DNA of 64,000 bases from positions 64,594 through 128,593 of the forward strand of contig JAIORK010000045.1 of NCBI GenBank assembly GCA_021108215.1, read 5' to 3'. The translations under genes were made by a program, and so were the position numbers. This document shows, in pieces, positions 39,308 through 49,537 of the stretch. Numbering within the stretch: the first letter of the stretch is position 1; every line of letters begins with the position of its first letter. Source of the DNA: a bacterium (lineage in GTDB: Bacteria; Oederibacteriota; JAAXVQ01; JAUVAV01). The notes beneath the pieces were generated by a model. That model did no database searches, was not told the DNA's origin, and saw only the letters and a list, made by a program, of their open reading frames with translations.

Positions 39308-42094
39308 TCATGGGATGATCACCAGTTTCCATTTACTCACATCATTGTCTTGACGCATGACCACCAAATAGGTCCCGGGCGCCAGCAGCCTGTCAAAACG
39401 GTTTTTCCCCTGCCAGGCAACCCGGCCCTGCCCGGCATGCATATATTCGTCCAAAAGTGTTATCAACCGCTTCCCCCGCATATCATAGACCTCAATTGAA
39501 CCTTGCGCCGAACGAGGCACTTCATAAACCACTGTCATGGTTTCGCCGCGCTTTACCGGATTGGGATATGCATACGCCCTGATCTTGGGCGGTTTGATAT
39601 CATTCATCACAATGCGTTCGTATTGCACCGTGGTAGGCCCCCAATTAAGCACCCTTTCCTGACGAACATAGCGGTCCGAGGGATCCACTGCGGACAAGGT
39701 ATAGGCCTCATCCTGTGGAATTGGCACCAAAATACGGTAGTTGCCGTTAATATCGGAATAGGTCTCCCCAATCAGGTCTCCGTTTTGGCGGCGCAACTGT
39801 AGCCGGATATCAGGGAGCGGTTGGGTTGTGTCTTCAGCAAAAACATCACCGTAAATACCGGATTGAAATTCGACGAATACGGTATTAAAAATTACCGCTG
39901 CTGCCGTCGCTGTAATCACCCGCGTACCCACTTCCGTGGAACGCAACTCAACCTGATAGGTGCCGGGATTAAACGAATCTTCCTGAAACGTTGAAAGATC
40001 GATATCATACTGCCCGCCGCTGCCGGTGAAAATAAACTGGTCAACGGTCATCCCGAAAATCAGTGTCCCGTCCGTTTCCCGCATCGTGATGCGGATCAAA
40101 GAATAATCCTGCGGCTGGCCCGAAGCCAGAACAGGTGAAGTAGCTGTCATAAGACTGCTTTGTGCCAGGGGGGTGGCTGTCCAGCGCATCTGACCTGAGG
40201 CGTCATCGCTGCGTCCGCCGTAAACAATGCCGGTGCTATCATACCAGTCTCCCCACTCCACCACGCGCAGATAAAACGGATAGGTCCTCCCGTCCAGGGA
40301 ACTGCGCGAGACAGTAATCCGGAAATTCTGTATGGCACCGAAAAATATGCTGTTATCAATGAAATACAGACCGGCCGTGCCGGTCACCTGCATCGGGTAA
40401 TCCGGCGAATCAATCACACCGGTTGGTTCAATCGCCGAATTGTAATTGGTGTCTTCCAGATAGAAATATAAATGCTGCGTCGGGATGGCTGCCACGGGCT
40501 GGTTTTGACTGTTGCGCAAATGCACAGTCACATTGATGGTATTGCCTTCTGTTTCAACGGTTGTATTCGGAACCAGGTTGATATGGTGCCAAAGTCCTGC
40601 ATCACCTGTTTCAAAACACCCCGTATCCGGATAAAGGTTCCCGGTATACGGGCGGGGCTGACCGTTATAATCGCTTGCCGGTGCGTTATGATTCTCATAC
40701 ATCATCGTCCCGAAACCTTCCCAGGAAACAGTCCCGCTGTCCGGAATAAAAGGATCGGTGGTAAAGGTTATTGGATAACACTTACTTTCACCCAGAGAGT
40801 CCTGACCGGTTCTGCTATTCCACTCTTTCATATTCGGAATATCCTCATCTATTGCCAATTCGGGAACATACTTGGCAAACAACTGGCCCGGACGAGGATA
40901 AATAAAGTTATAGCCGCTCTGCCAGGGAGGCGGGCTCCCGCTGGGAAACAAAGGTGTGAAATCATAGGTTATTTGCGGACCGCCGACACCTCCGTTGTCA
41001 ACAATCAGATTATTGAAAATAACCGTCTCGATGCACTCCTCATGAATCTTGATACCAACTTCCCGGTTCCCTTTGATACAATTATTAACAATCATAGCAT
41101 TGCGGGCATCATTTAGTTCTATCGCGGTCACGTTGAGCACGAACCAACTGTTCTGAATAACCGTATTCCAATTATTATCCAGATAAATTCCAATAGCCGT
41201 ACCGGATAAACCGCAACTGTCAATCGTGATATCCGAAGAATCCGGTGCCAGTTCAAATCCGTATGTCAAGGCGTCATGATCCGTCTGATACAACCCGCAG
41301 CGTTCAAATACCGCTTGGTTGGTCTGGGTTGCGTAGACCAGCGGCTGCGGCGTAGGCGTGGCTGTCGGGGGAGTTGATGGATGCCAGGCAGTAAACACGC
41401 AATTTTCAAAAAGAACATCCTGGCTCTGTTCCAACCGGATATTACGGACAACACCCGTGTTCAAACCGGTCTGATCATCAAAATAGACATCGCAATCATT
41501 CCAAGTAACGTTATGACTGTTGAATATCCGGACAATACTTTCCAACGTGCTGCCCGCCGACATCATCGTATAATCCATTTTCACTTTGATAAAATATACC
41601 GGATTACAATTATCAATATCCACCATGGTGGTAAAATTATTCATGTTATTGGTTTGCATACCCAATTCCTGAAACACAATCGTCGTCGTACAGTTAATGG
41701 CGCTTATCAAATCATCAGCAAGATTAAGGTCGGTATTGCGGATAATCACATTGGCGGGAAGCATGGATGTGAAAAACATCGCCGTTGCATCTCCCCGCAA
41801 TTCCACATAAGACAAATTTTTATAACTCAAAACAATTTGACCTGACTGGTGCACACCCGGCGAGAGCAGCACACGGGCATTGGCGGTATTGGCGGCTGAC
41901 TCAAGTGCATCCAGGGCCTGCACCGCGCGGGTCACACTTCCAAATGCGGTTGCTTCCGTAAGGCCGTCATGACTGTCCCATCCGCTCACTGAAACATAAA
42001 AATTAACCAGACTGTTTGTCGGAGTTGCCGCTTCAATTGCAGGTGCTAAGAAAAAAAGCAGCACTGCAAAAACCATGAAAACTGTTCTTCGCAT
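39308..42094 (-). CDS. Large secreted right-handed beta-helix protein with CarboxypepD_reg-like domain and T9SS C-terminal sorting domain
   Basis: Signal peptide. Parallel beta-helix repeats (NCIKGNREVGIKIHEECIETVIFNNLIVDNGG). IRLQLRRQNGDLIGETYSDINGNYRIL. C-terminal YPNPVKRGETMTVVYEV...GTYLVVM matches the T9SS CTD. Confidence 0.7.
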   Translation of the reverse strand: MRRTVFMVFAVLLFFLAPAIEAATPTNSLVNFYVSVSGWDSHDGLTEATAFGSVTRAVQALDALESAANTANARVLLSPGVHQSGQIVLSYKNLSYVELRGDATAMFFTSMLPANVIIRNTDLNLADDLISAINCTTTIVFQELGMQTNNMNNFTTMVDIDNCNPVYFIKVKMDYTMMSAGSTLESIVRIFNSHNVTWNDCDVYFDDQTGLNTGVVRNIRLEQSQDVLFENCVFTAWHPSTPPTATPTPQPLVYATQTNQAVFERCGLYQTDHDALTYGFELAPDSSDITIDSCGLSGTAIGIYLDNNWNTVIQNSWFVLNVTAIELNDARNAMIVNNCIKGNREVGIKIHEECIETVIFNNLIVDNGGVGGPQITYDFTPLFPSGSPPPWQSGYNFIYPRPGQLFAKYVPELAIDEDIPNMKEWNSRTGQDSLGESKCYPITFTTDPFIPDSGTVSWEGFGTMMYENHNAPASDYNGQPRPYTGNLYPDTGCFETGDAGLWHHINLVPNTTVETEGNTINVTVHLRNSQNQPVAAIPTQHLYFYLEDTNYNSAIEPTGVIDSPDYPMQVTGTAGLYFIDNSIFFGAIQNFRITVSRSSLDGRTYPFYLRVVEWGDWYDSTGIVYGGRSDDASGQMRWTATPLAQSSLMTATSPVLASGQPQDYSLIRITMRETDGTLIFGMTVDQFIFTGSGGQYDIDLSTFQEDSFNPGTYQVELRSTEVGTRVITATAAAVIFNTVFVEFQSGIYGDVFAEDTTQPLPDIRLQLRRQNGDLIGETYSDINGNYRILVPIPQDEAYTLSAVDPSDRYVRQERVLNWGPTTVQYERIVMNDIKPPKIRAYAYPNPVKRGETMTVVYEVPRSAQGSIEVYDMRGKRLITLLDEYMHAGQGRVAWQGKNRFDRLLAPGTYLVVMRQDNDVSKWKLVIIP

Positions 42095-42204
42095 ATCCCC
42101 CCCATTTGCCTAAAAAAACCAACACCGTCTGTATTATATAAAATAACAAAACCAATGTCCTCTTTTTTTCGACTCAATTACTCTTTTTTTAGTTCCGAAA
42201 ATTT

Positions 42205-42253
42205 ATTCATCACCGTAGGGAATGGTCAGCTTACCTGGCGAATGCCGGGCGAC
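42205..42253. repeat. REP element, long-loop variant (GTAGGGAATGGTC-[AGCTTACCTGGCGAATGCCGGGC]-GACCATTCCCTAC)
   Basis: Same family as 33766 and 43326. In the cargo/fba divergent intergenic region. Confidence 0.8.
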
Positions 42254-42381
42254 CATTCCCTACTTTAAGTGCATTGAATTTCTCCGCAGAATTCAGTTGC
42301 CTTTTCGCATGCTTTGACTATAATGTCAGCCGAACTCAAAGTGCCGTCTGGGCGCCAATCAATACTAAAGGAGTCACCATT

Positions 42382-43311
42382 ATGCCGTTAGTCGGAAGTC
42401 AGGAAATGTTTAAAAAAGCTTATACAGGTGGTTATGCAATCGGAGGATTCAATGTTAATAACATGGAAATCCTCCAGGGCATCGTCGATGCCGCAACCGA
42501 GACAAACTCACCGCTGATTCTTCAGGTCAGTGCCGGCGCACGCAAATATGCCCGTCACGAATACCTAATCAAACTGGTGGAAGCTGCATTGCAAACAACG
42601 GAGATCCCCATTGTTCTGCATCTGGATCATGGCGAAGATTTTGAAATCTGCAAATCCTGCGTTGATGGCGGGTTCTCTTCGGTGATGGTCGATGCCTCCT
42701 CGCGCAGTTTCGAAGACAACATTGCTGAAACAAAAAAAGTTGTTGAGTACGCGCATGCCAAAGGCGTCTCAGTCGAAGCCGAGCTGGGAACCCTGGCCGG
42801 GGTTGAAGATGACGTCAATGTCAGTGCGGAAGATGCTTCCTACACCAACCCGGACCAGGTTAAAGAATTCGTGGAAAAAACCGGGGTGGACTCCCTGGCA
42901 ATTGCCATCGGCACTTCTCACGGCGCCTATAAATTTAAAGGCGAAGCCAAACTGGATTTTGACCGTCTGGAAAAAATCTCCAAACTGGTTCCGGGTTTCC
43001 CGATCGTGCTGCATGGCTCCTCCTCGGTTCCTGAAAATCTGGTTGCCCAGTGCAACAAGTTCGGCGGTGACTTGCCGGGTGCCAAAGGCGTGCCGGAAGA
43101 AATGCTCCGCAAAGCGGCCACCAGCGCGGTCTGCAAAATCAACATTGATACAGACCTGCGTCTGGCCATGACCGCCACCATCCGAAAAGTTTTTGCTGAA
43201 AAACCGAGCGAATTTGACCCGCGTAAATATCTCGGCCCGGGCCGGGATGCCATCAAAGAGATCGTAAAACATAAAATCATCAATGTGCTTGGTTCCAACG
43301 ATAAAATTTAA
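42382..43311 (+). CDS. fba: Fructose-bisphosphate aldolase class II
   Basis: MPLVGSQEMFKKAYTGGYAIGGFNV, LHLDHGEDFE and HGSSSVPE motifs. ATG at 42382 follows AAGGAG. Confidence 0.9.
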   Translation: MPLVGSQEMFKKAYTGGYAIGGFNVNNMEILQGIVDAATETNSPLILQVSAGARKYARHEYLIKLVEAALQTTEIPIVLHLDHGEDFEICKSCVDGGFSSVMVDASSRSFEDNIAETKKVVEYAHAKGVSVEAELGTLAGVEDDVNVSAEDASYTNPDQVKEFVEKTGVDSLAIAIGTSHGAYKFKGEAKLDFDRLEKISKLVPGFPIVLHGSSSVPENLVAQCNKFGGDLPGAKGVPEEMLRKAATSAVCKINIDTDLRLAMTATIRKVFAEKPSEFDPRKYLGPGRDAIKEIVKHKIINVLGSNDKI

Positions 43312-43325
43312 GACAATCGTTTTTT

Positions 43326-43374
43326 GTAGGGGACGGTCAGCTTGCCTGGCGAATGCCGGGCGACCGTTCCCTAC
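43326..43374. repeat. REP element, long-loop variant (GTAGGGGACGGTC-[AGCTTGCCTGGCGAATGCCGGGC]-GACCGTTCCCTAC)
   Basis: Directly downstream of the fba stop. Confidence 0.8.
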
Positions 43375-43593
43375 AAAAATTCACGCCAATTTGAACAAAC
43401 ATACGGAATTCCGATGCATCCCCTCAGGAGTTCCCTAACAATATTTCATGTTTTTAGTTTCCCTTCCGATGCTGGTTTTACCAGATTGGGCAAAACGAAT
43501 AAAACCCAAAAACCCAAGCAAGCGGGGTGATTAAGGTCCACGGACATCCCCCACCGGGACTCCGGGACCGTAAGAAGGCAAGGTGATACCATC

Positions 43594-45774
43594 ATGGGTG
43601 AAATTTTAAAAAAATTCAACCGACTCAAACAAGATATACTGAAAGACCATACCCCGCATTACGACACGACCAAAACAATTATCCAAATCGGCTCCGCCAC
43701 GTGCGAAAATGCCGCCGGCGCCGAAGACGTCAGGGCTGAATTCAATAAATTGATCATAGCCTCCGGCCGCAATGATATCATTATCAAACAGACCGGATGT
43801 ACCGGCCGCTGTGCGCAGGAACCGATTGTGGGTGTCTTTGCCCCCGGACAATTCCCGATCAAATATGGTCAGGTCTTGGTTCCTCAGGTCCAGGAAATTT
43901 TCCAGAAACATGTTCTCAACGGCGAACCGGTCGTCAGTATGATTTTAGACAAAACAACCCAAAACCTGTATACCAGCTTGGTAACCTTTTCTTCACTTTC
44001 CACTGTCGCGACCGACCTGCCTAAAAAATGGGTGAAACGCTTCCACGACCGGCTGAAAACCAAGGGACTCAAACCAGATTCAATCCGCGCTTATGAGGGC
44101 GGATGCCTGGGGCTGCATCCCGTGGGCGGCGAAGGCGACAAAATCGGCATGATGGTTTTCCCTGAAAAAGTTGTCTACACCTTGAGCACCACCGAAGAAT
44201 TGGACAAAATCATTCACTCACATTTTGTGGAACACAAAGTCTATGACGAACTATTGGCGGATATCGACCCGCTCATCAACCGTTTCTTCTCGCTCTACGG
44301 CGATGTCGCTTTTTTCAATAAACAAACCCGGCTGACTCTCCGCAACAGCGGTATTATCGATCCGGAAAATTTAGCGGACTATATTGCCAATGACGGCTTT
44401 GAAGCCCTGGCCACGGTTTTGGATAAAAATGATCCGGATTGGGTCATTTCCGAAATAACCCGGTCCGGGTTGCGCGGACGCGGCGGCGGCGGATATCCCA
44501 CCGGACGCAAATGGAAAGACGCCATCATCAATCCGGATAAAACCAGATATGTCATCTGCAATGCCGACGAAGGTGATCCCGGTGCCTACATGGACCGCAG
44601 TACCCTGGAAGGCGATCCCTTCAGTATTGTCCACGGTATGATAATCGGCGCTTTTGCCATCCGTGCCCAAAAGGGCTTCCTCTATGTTCGCGCTGAATAT
44701 CCGCTCGCCATCAAACGCCTGGAAATCGCGATTGACCAATGCCGCAAAGTTAATCTATTGGGTAAAAATATCCTGGGATCAGGATTTGATTTCGATCTGG
44801 AAATCCGGCTTGGTGCCGGCGCTTTTGTCTGCGGCGAAGAAACCGCGCTCATGCTTTCGATTGAAGGCAAGCGGGGGCAGCCCCGTCTGCGCCCTCCTTA
44901 TCCAACCCAATCCGGACTTTGGGGACATCCGACCGTACTCAACAATGTCGAGACCTGGTCCAATATTCCGATCATCATCCGGCACGGCGCTGATTGGTTT
45001 TCCCGCATCGGTACTGAAAAAAGCAAAGGCACCAAAGTTTTTGCTTTGGCCGGGAAAATTAAAAATTCCGGATTGGTCGAGGTTCCCATGGGAACCACTT
45101 TACGCGAGATTATCTATGACATTGGCGGCGGTGTCGAAGATGGTCACACACTCAAAGCCGTCCAGACCGGTGGTCCGTCCGGCGGATGTATTCCTGCCGA
45201 CAAAATCGATACCCCGGTTGATTACGACAGCTTGGCCGCCGTCGGGTCCATTATGGGTTCGGGCGGAATGATTGTACTCGATGATAGAGACTGCATGGTA
45301 TCCACTGCGAAATTTTTCCTGGAATTCACCCAGGATGAGTCCTGCGGCAAGTGTGTCCCCTGCCGCGAAGGGACTTTACGCATGCTTGAAATCCTCGAAA
45401 GAATTACCGACGGCCGCGGTACCATGGCGGATCTGGACAAACTAGAGCGCCTGGGCAATTTAATCAAAAAAACGTCTTTGTGCGGGCTCGGCCAAAGTGC
45501 ACCCAATCCGGTATTGAACGCCTTAAAAAATTTCCGGCGGGAATTTGAAGTCCATGTCAAAGAAAAACACTGCCCCACACAACGTTGCACCAAACTGGTC
45601 AAATTTGATATCAATCCGGAAGCTTGTACCGGCTGCACACTCTGCGCCCGGCGTTGTCCGGTTGCCTGCATATCCGGGACCGCACGCCAACCCCATGTCA
45701 TTGACCAATCACGCTGCATCAAATGCGGCGAATGTTTTAATGTCTGCAAATTTGATGCAGTCATCAAGCATTAA
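43594..45774 (+). CDS. hydB: [FeFe]-hydrogenase NAD(P)-binding flavoprotein subunit (HydB/HndC-like; N-terminal 2Fe-2S Trx-like domain, NuoF core, two 4Fe-4S)
   Basis: GLRGRGGGGYPTGRKW (NuoF). C-terminal CTGCTLCARRCP and CIKCGECFNVC ferredoxin motifs. Confidence 0.85.
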   Translation: MGEILKKFNRLKQDILKDHTPHYDTTKTIIQIGSATCENAAGAEDVRAEFNKLIIASGRNDIIIKQTGCTGRCAQEPIVGVFAPGQFPIKYGQVLVPQVQEIFQKHVLNGEPVVSMILDKTTQNLYTSLVTFSSLSTVATDLPKKWVKRFHDRLKTKGLKPDSIRAYEGGCLGLHPVGGEGDKIGMMVFPEKVVYTLSTTEELDKIIHSHFVEHKVYDELLADIDPLINRFFSLYGDVAFFNKQTRLTLRNSGIIDPENLADYIANDGFEALATVLDKNDPDWVISEITRSGLRGRGGGGYPTGRKWKDAIINPDKTRYVICNADEGDPGAYMDRSTLEGDPFSIVHGMIIGAFAIRAQKGFLYVRAEYPLAIKRLEIAIDQCRKVNLLGKNILGSGFDFDLEIRLGAGAFVCGEETALMLSIEGKRGQPRLRPPYPTQSGLWGHPTVLNNVETWSNIPIIIRHGADWFSRIGTEKSKGTKVFALAGKIKNSGLVEVPMGTTLREIIYDIGGGVEDGHTLKAVQTGGPSGGCIPADKIDTPVDYDSLAAVGSIMGSGGMIVLDDRDCMVSTAKFFLEFTQDESCGKCVPCREGTLRMLEILERITDGRGTMADLDKLERLGNLIKKTSLCGLGQSAPNPVLNALKNFRREFEVHVKEKHCPTQRCTKLVKFDINPEACTGCTLCARRCPVACISGTARQPHVIDQSRCIKCGECFNVCKFDAVIKH

Positions 45775-45792
45775 TATTTCACGCAAAGGATC

Positions 45793-47553
45793 GTGACCAT
45801 GAAAACAATCAACTTAATCATTGATAACATGCCTGTCAGCGTTTCTGAACAAACCACAATTATGGAAGCGGCGCAAACCACGGGAATCCATATCCCGCGT
45901 TTGTGCTACCATCCTGATCTCTCCGTCGAGGGTGCCTGCCGTATCTGTATCGTCGAAGTTGAAGGCGCGCGGACTTTCCAAACCTCCTGTTCCACCCTTG
46001 TCCGGGAGGGTATGCAAGTACGCACCAATTCGCCTGAAATACGCCAGGCGCGCAGAGACTTGGTTGAGCTGATTTTAGACAACCATCCGCGCGAATGTCA
46101 GACCTGCGAGCGGGACGGTCAGTGCGAATTGCAGGATTTGGCCTACTCACTCGGTGTCAGGGAACGCCTGTTCGAGGGTGAGCGCAAACGCTTTGAACAG
46201 GAAAGTTCGAGCCTTTCCGTTGTGCGTGATTCGGAAAAATGCATTCTCTGCCACCGCTGTATCCGGGTTTGTTCCGAGATTCAGGGGGTCCATAACCTGA
46301 GCCAGCTGCATCGCGGGGTTAAAACCGTGGTCGCGCCGGCATTTGAAGCACCGCTGGCGAACTCGGTCTGTATCAATTGCGGACAGTGCATCAATGTCTG
46401 CCCGACCGCCGCGTTTTTAGAGAAACGTTCCACAGATGATGTCTGGCAGGCGTTGGCAGATCCAAAAAAACATGTGGTTGCCCAAATCGCACCTTCAATC
46501 CGGGCAGCGATCGGGGAAGGATTCGGCATGGCACCTGGAACCCCGGCCACGTTGCAAACTGTGACGGCGTTGCGCCGCCTGGGATTTGACGCAGTTTTTG
46601 ACACTAATTTCGGCGCTGACCTGACAGTGGTGGAAGAAGCCCATGAATTTGTCCACCGTTTGGAAAAAAACGAGAATCTGCCGTTGCTCACTTCCTGTTC
46701 CCCGGGTTGGATTAAATATATGGAGCACTTCTTTCCGGAGCTGATTCCTCACGCATCCACATGCCGGTCCCCCATGACTATGCTCTCGGCATTGCTGAAA
46801 ACATATTATGCGGAATTAAAAAACATTGATCCCAATGACATTTATGTTGTAGGAATCATGCCGTGTACAGCTAAAAAATTTGAGATCCAGCGTCCGGAGC
46901 ACCGTACGGAAAACGGTGTCCCGCTGACAGATGAAGTCCTGACCACCCGCGAACTGATCTGGATGATCAAAGCTTATGGCATTGATTTCGGCAAATTGCC
47001 GGAAGACGAATTTGATGCACCGCTGGGTTTTTCCTCCGGTGCAGCGGATATTTTCGGTGCCACCGGCGGTGTAATGGAAGCGGCCTTAAGAACAGCTGTG
47101 GAAAAAGTTACCGGCCAACCACTCAAGAATATCAACTTCACCCAGGTGCGCGATGCCGAAGGACTCAAAGAGGCATCCCTTGAGGTTGGCGGCAAAACCC
47201 TGAATGTGGCGGTGGCCAACGGATTGACCAATGCCCGGATCATCCTGGAAAAAGTCAAAGCCGGCGAAAAGCAGTACCATCTGATTGAACTCATGGCCTG
47301 CCCGGGTGGATGCATCGGCGGCGGCGGACAGCCCTACCCGCCTGAAGGCCACTACATTTTGGACAAAGAAATTTTAAAAAAACGCGCGCAAGCGCTTTAT
47401 TCGATTGATCAAAAAAAGCAGGTACGCAAGTCGCATGAAAATCCTTATATCAAAGACCTGTATGATAAGTATCTTAAAAAACCGGGCAGTGAATTGGCGC
47501 ACAAACTGCTGCATACCAAGTACGAGTCCCGTTTCCCGAGAGGTGTCAAATGA
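45793..47553 (+). CDS. hydA: [FeFe]-hydrogenase catalytic subunit HydA
   Basis: H-cluster motifs TSCSPGW, MPCTAKKFE and MACPGGCIGGGGQP. N-terminal 2Fe-2S and ferredoxin-like domains. Confidence 0.9.
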   Translation: MTMKTINLIIDNMPVSVSEQTTIMEAAQTTGIHIPRLCYHPDLSVEGACRICIVEVEGARTFQTSCSTLVREGMQVRTNSPEIRQARRDLVELILDNHPRECQTCERDGQCELQDLAYSLGVRERLFEGERKRFEQESSSLSVVRDSEKCILCHRCIRVCSEIQGVHNLSQLHRGVKTVVAPAFEAPLANSVCINCGQCINVCPTAAFLEKRSTDDVWQALADPKKHVVAQIAPSIRAAIGEGFGMAPGTPATLQTVTALRRLGFDAVFDTNFGADLTVVEEAHEFVHRLEKNENLPLLTSCSPGWIKYMEHFFPELIPHASTCRSPMTMLSALLKTYYAELKNIDPNDIYVVGIMPCTAKKFEIQRPEHRTENGVPLTDEVLTTRELIWMIKAYGIDFGKLPEDEFDAPLGFSSGAADIFGATGGVMEAALRTAVEKVTGQPLKNINFTQVRDAEGLKEASLEVGGKTLNVAVANGLTNARIILEKVKAGEKQYHLIELMACPGGCIGGGGQPYPPEGHYILDKEILKKRAQALYSIDQKKQVRKSHENPYIKDLYDKYLKKPGSELAHKLLHTKYESRFPRGVK

Positions 47554-48056
47554 CGACAGAAATAAAAAGCACACTGCATGCCGATATTATTACCTTTATT
47601 GAGGAATGCCTGCAAAAGGAACATTCCGAAAGCTACCTCATGGCTGTTTTACATAAAGTCCAGGACCAATATGGTTACTTATCCCAGGAGCACATGTATG
47701 AAGTTGCCCAGCGGCTTCAAGTTCCTGCTTCAACGGTGAGCGGTGTTTCCACTTTTTACCATTTCTTCCGATTGAAACCACGCGGACGACATACCATCTC
47801 AGTCTGTATGGGGACTGCCTGTTTTGTGAAAAGTGCGGACAAAATACTGGAAGCTTTTCAGACAGAACTGGGAATCAAGATGGGCGAAACCACCAAGGAC
47901 AACATGTTCTCTTTGGAAAACACCCGCTGCCTCGGCGTCTGCGGTCTGGCACCGGTCGTCACCATTGACGGCAAAGTCTTCTCGCGGGTGACGCCCCAGC
48001 AGGTTACGGAAATGATAAATCATACTCTGGCTGAGGATACTGAGAAAAAAACGTAA
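47550..48056 (+). CDS. hydC: [FeFe]-hydrogenase NuoE-like 2Fe-2S subunit (HydC/HndA-like)
   Basis: CMGTACFVKSADK ... CLGVCGLAPV thioredoxin-like 2Fe-2S pattern. ATGA-coupled to hydA. Confidence 0.85.
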   Translation: MTTEIKSTLHADIITFIEECLQKEHSESYLMAVLHKVQDQYGYLSQEHMYEVAQRLQVPASTVSGVSTFYHFFRLKPRGRHTISVCMGTACFVKSADKILEAFQTELGIKMGETTKDNMFSLENTRCLGVCGLAPVVTIDGKVFSRVTPQQVTEMINHTLAEDTEKKT

Positions 48057-48118
48057 CCCAAAACAACAAAAAAATCATATCACGCAAAGTCGCCAAGTCT
48101 GCAAAGTAAAACAATCGA

Positions 48119-48196
48119 ATAAAAAAACCACAGGCTTACCCGGCACCCGGCATTCGCCGGGCAAGTACGCCGGGCAGGCTGCCTGTGGTTTTTTTA
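48119..48196. terminator. Bidirectional terminator (hydC/rfbC) with a nested CCCGGCATTCGCCGGG palindrome in its loop
   Basis: AAAAAAACCACAGGC ... GCCTGTGGTTTTTTT outer stem. The inner CCCGGCATTCGCCGGG lies at 48146-48161. Confidence 0.65.
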
Positions 48197-48276
48197 TCTA
48201 TATTTTTATTTACCTGTACGGTTTCAATTTTATCCAACCCTTCATTTGTGACAATTCTCGGATGAATATTTATATT

Positions 48277-48813
48277 TTATATATCCTTCAACAGCGGATT
48301 GTTTTTGTCTTTTTCAGAAAAACGATACGCAACATCCAGTACGGGCCACTGAATATTTATCTCCGGATCATTCCACAAAACCCCTCGATCATATTCAGAA
48401 AAATAGTGCTCGGATACTTTGTAGACCACATCAGTATCCTCTGCCAAAGAACAAAAACCATGAGCAAAATCCGGCGGTATATAAAGCATATATTTATTTT
48501 CCTCACTCAATACTTCACTTACCCACTGACCGCGTGTGGGCGAATCCTTACGAATATCCACCGCGACATCAAAAACAGCGCCACGCACCACGCGCACCAA
48601 TTTACCCTGTCCGTGAGGTGCCGCCTGAAAATGCAACCCCCGCAATACGCCTTTGGCGCTGCGGCTATGATTGTCTTGCACAAATTCATCAAAAATTCCA
48701 TTTTCAGCGAATCGTTGTTTGTGATAACTCTCCAGGAAAAATCCCCGCACATCATCCAATTGCTTTGGTTTGATTAAACAGACTTCCTTAAGCTGTAAGG
48801 GAACAAATTGCAT
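48277..48813 (-). CDS. rfbC: dTDP-4-dehydrorhamnose 3,5-epimerase
   Basis: Cupin RmlC pattern: RGLHFQ, YIPPDFAHGF, 178 aa. Confidence 0.85.
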   Translation of the reverse strand: MQFVPLQLKEVCLIKPKQLDDVRGFFLESYHKQRFAENGIFDEFVQDNHSRSAKGVLRGLHFQAAPHGQGKLVRVVRGAVFDVAVDIRKDSPTRGQWVSEVLSEENKYMLYIPPDFAHGFCSLAEDTDVVYKVSEHYFSEYDRGVLWNDPEINIQWPVLDVAYRFSEKDKNNPLLKDI

Positions 48814-48928
48814 CAGCTTTTACACCTCCTGAATTCATCTTCCTAAAATTATAACACAAATCACTTTCCATTTGACCCCGGGACGTGAGCCAGCTACAAT
48901 CAACCAATCCACTTCCCGGAGGTATTTT

Positions 48929-49537
48929 TTGAACACTGTATGGATTGGCCTCATTCTTCTGGCAGTCGTCACCGCAGCCGTCAAGGGCACCATGCCCGAA
49001 GTATCCAAAGCTGCATTTGATTATGCTAAAATCGCGGTTGAACTTTCCCTGGGTCTGGTCGGAACTATGGCACTTTTTCTGGGACTTATGAAAATTGCCC
49101 AGGATGCCGGTATGATCCAGGCCCTGGCGCGACTGCTGCGCCCTTTATTCAAATTTCTTTTCCCCAAAGTTCCCAGCGACCACCCGGCCCTCGGAGCCAT
49201 TGCCCTAAATATGGGTGCCAATATGCTGGGCTTGGGTGATGCCGCCACCCCCATGGGACTCAAGGCCATGCAGGAATTGCAGAAATTAAACCCGTCCAAA
49301 GATACTGCCACAGATGCCATGTGCACTTTTTTAGCCCTCAATTCAAGCTCGGTCCAGTTGGTACCTGTTATGGTAATTGGATTGCGCGCATCCTCAGGTT
49401 CACAAAACCCATCCGAAATCATTATCGCTGCGATTATAGCCACCACCTGTTCCACGATCGTAGCCATCACGGCAGCCAAATTTTTTTCCCGTCTGCCCTA
49501 CTTTAAAAAATCTCATCCCCCGGGAGGCGAACCATGA
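48929..49537 (+). CDS. spmA: Spore-maturation-protein-A-like nucleoside-recognition (Gate) domain membrane protein
   Basis: Family pattern. A TTG start at 48929 lies 6 nt after GGAGG. Partner spmB immediately downstream with a 4-nt overlap. Confidence 0.65.
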   Translation: MNTVWIGLILLAVVTAAVKGTMPEVSKAAFDYAKIAVELSLGLVGTMALFLGLMKIAQDAGMIQALARLLRPLFKFLFPKVPSDHPALGAIALNMGANMLGLGDAATPMGLKAMQELQKLNPSKDTATDAMCTFLALNSSSVQLVPVMVIGLRASSGSQNPSEIIIAAIIATTCSTIVAITAAKFFSRLPYFKKSHPPGGEP

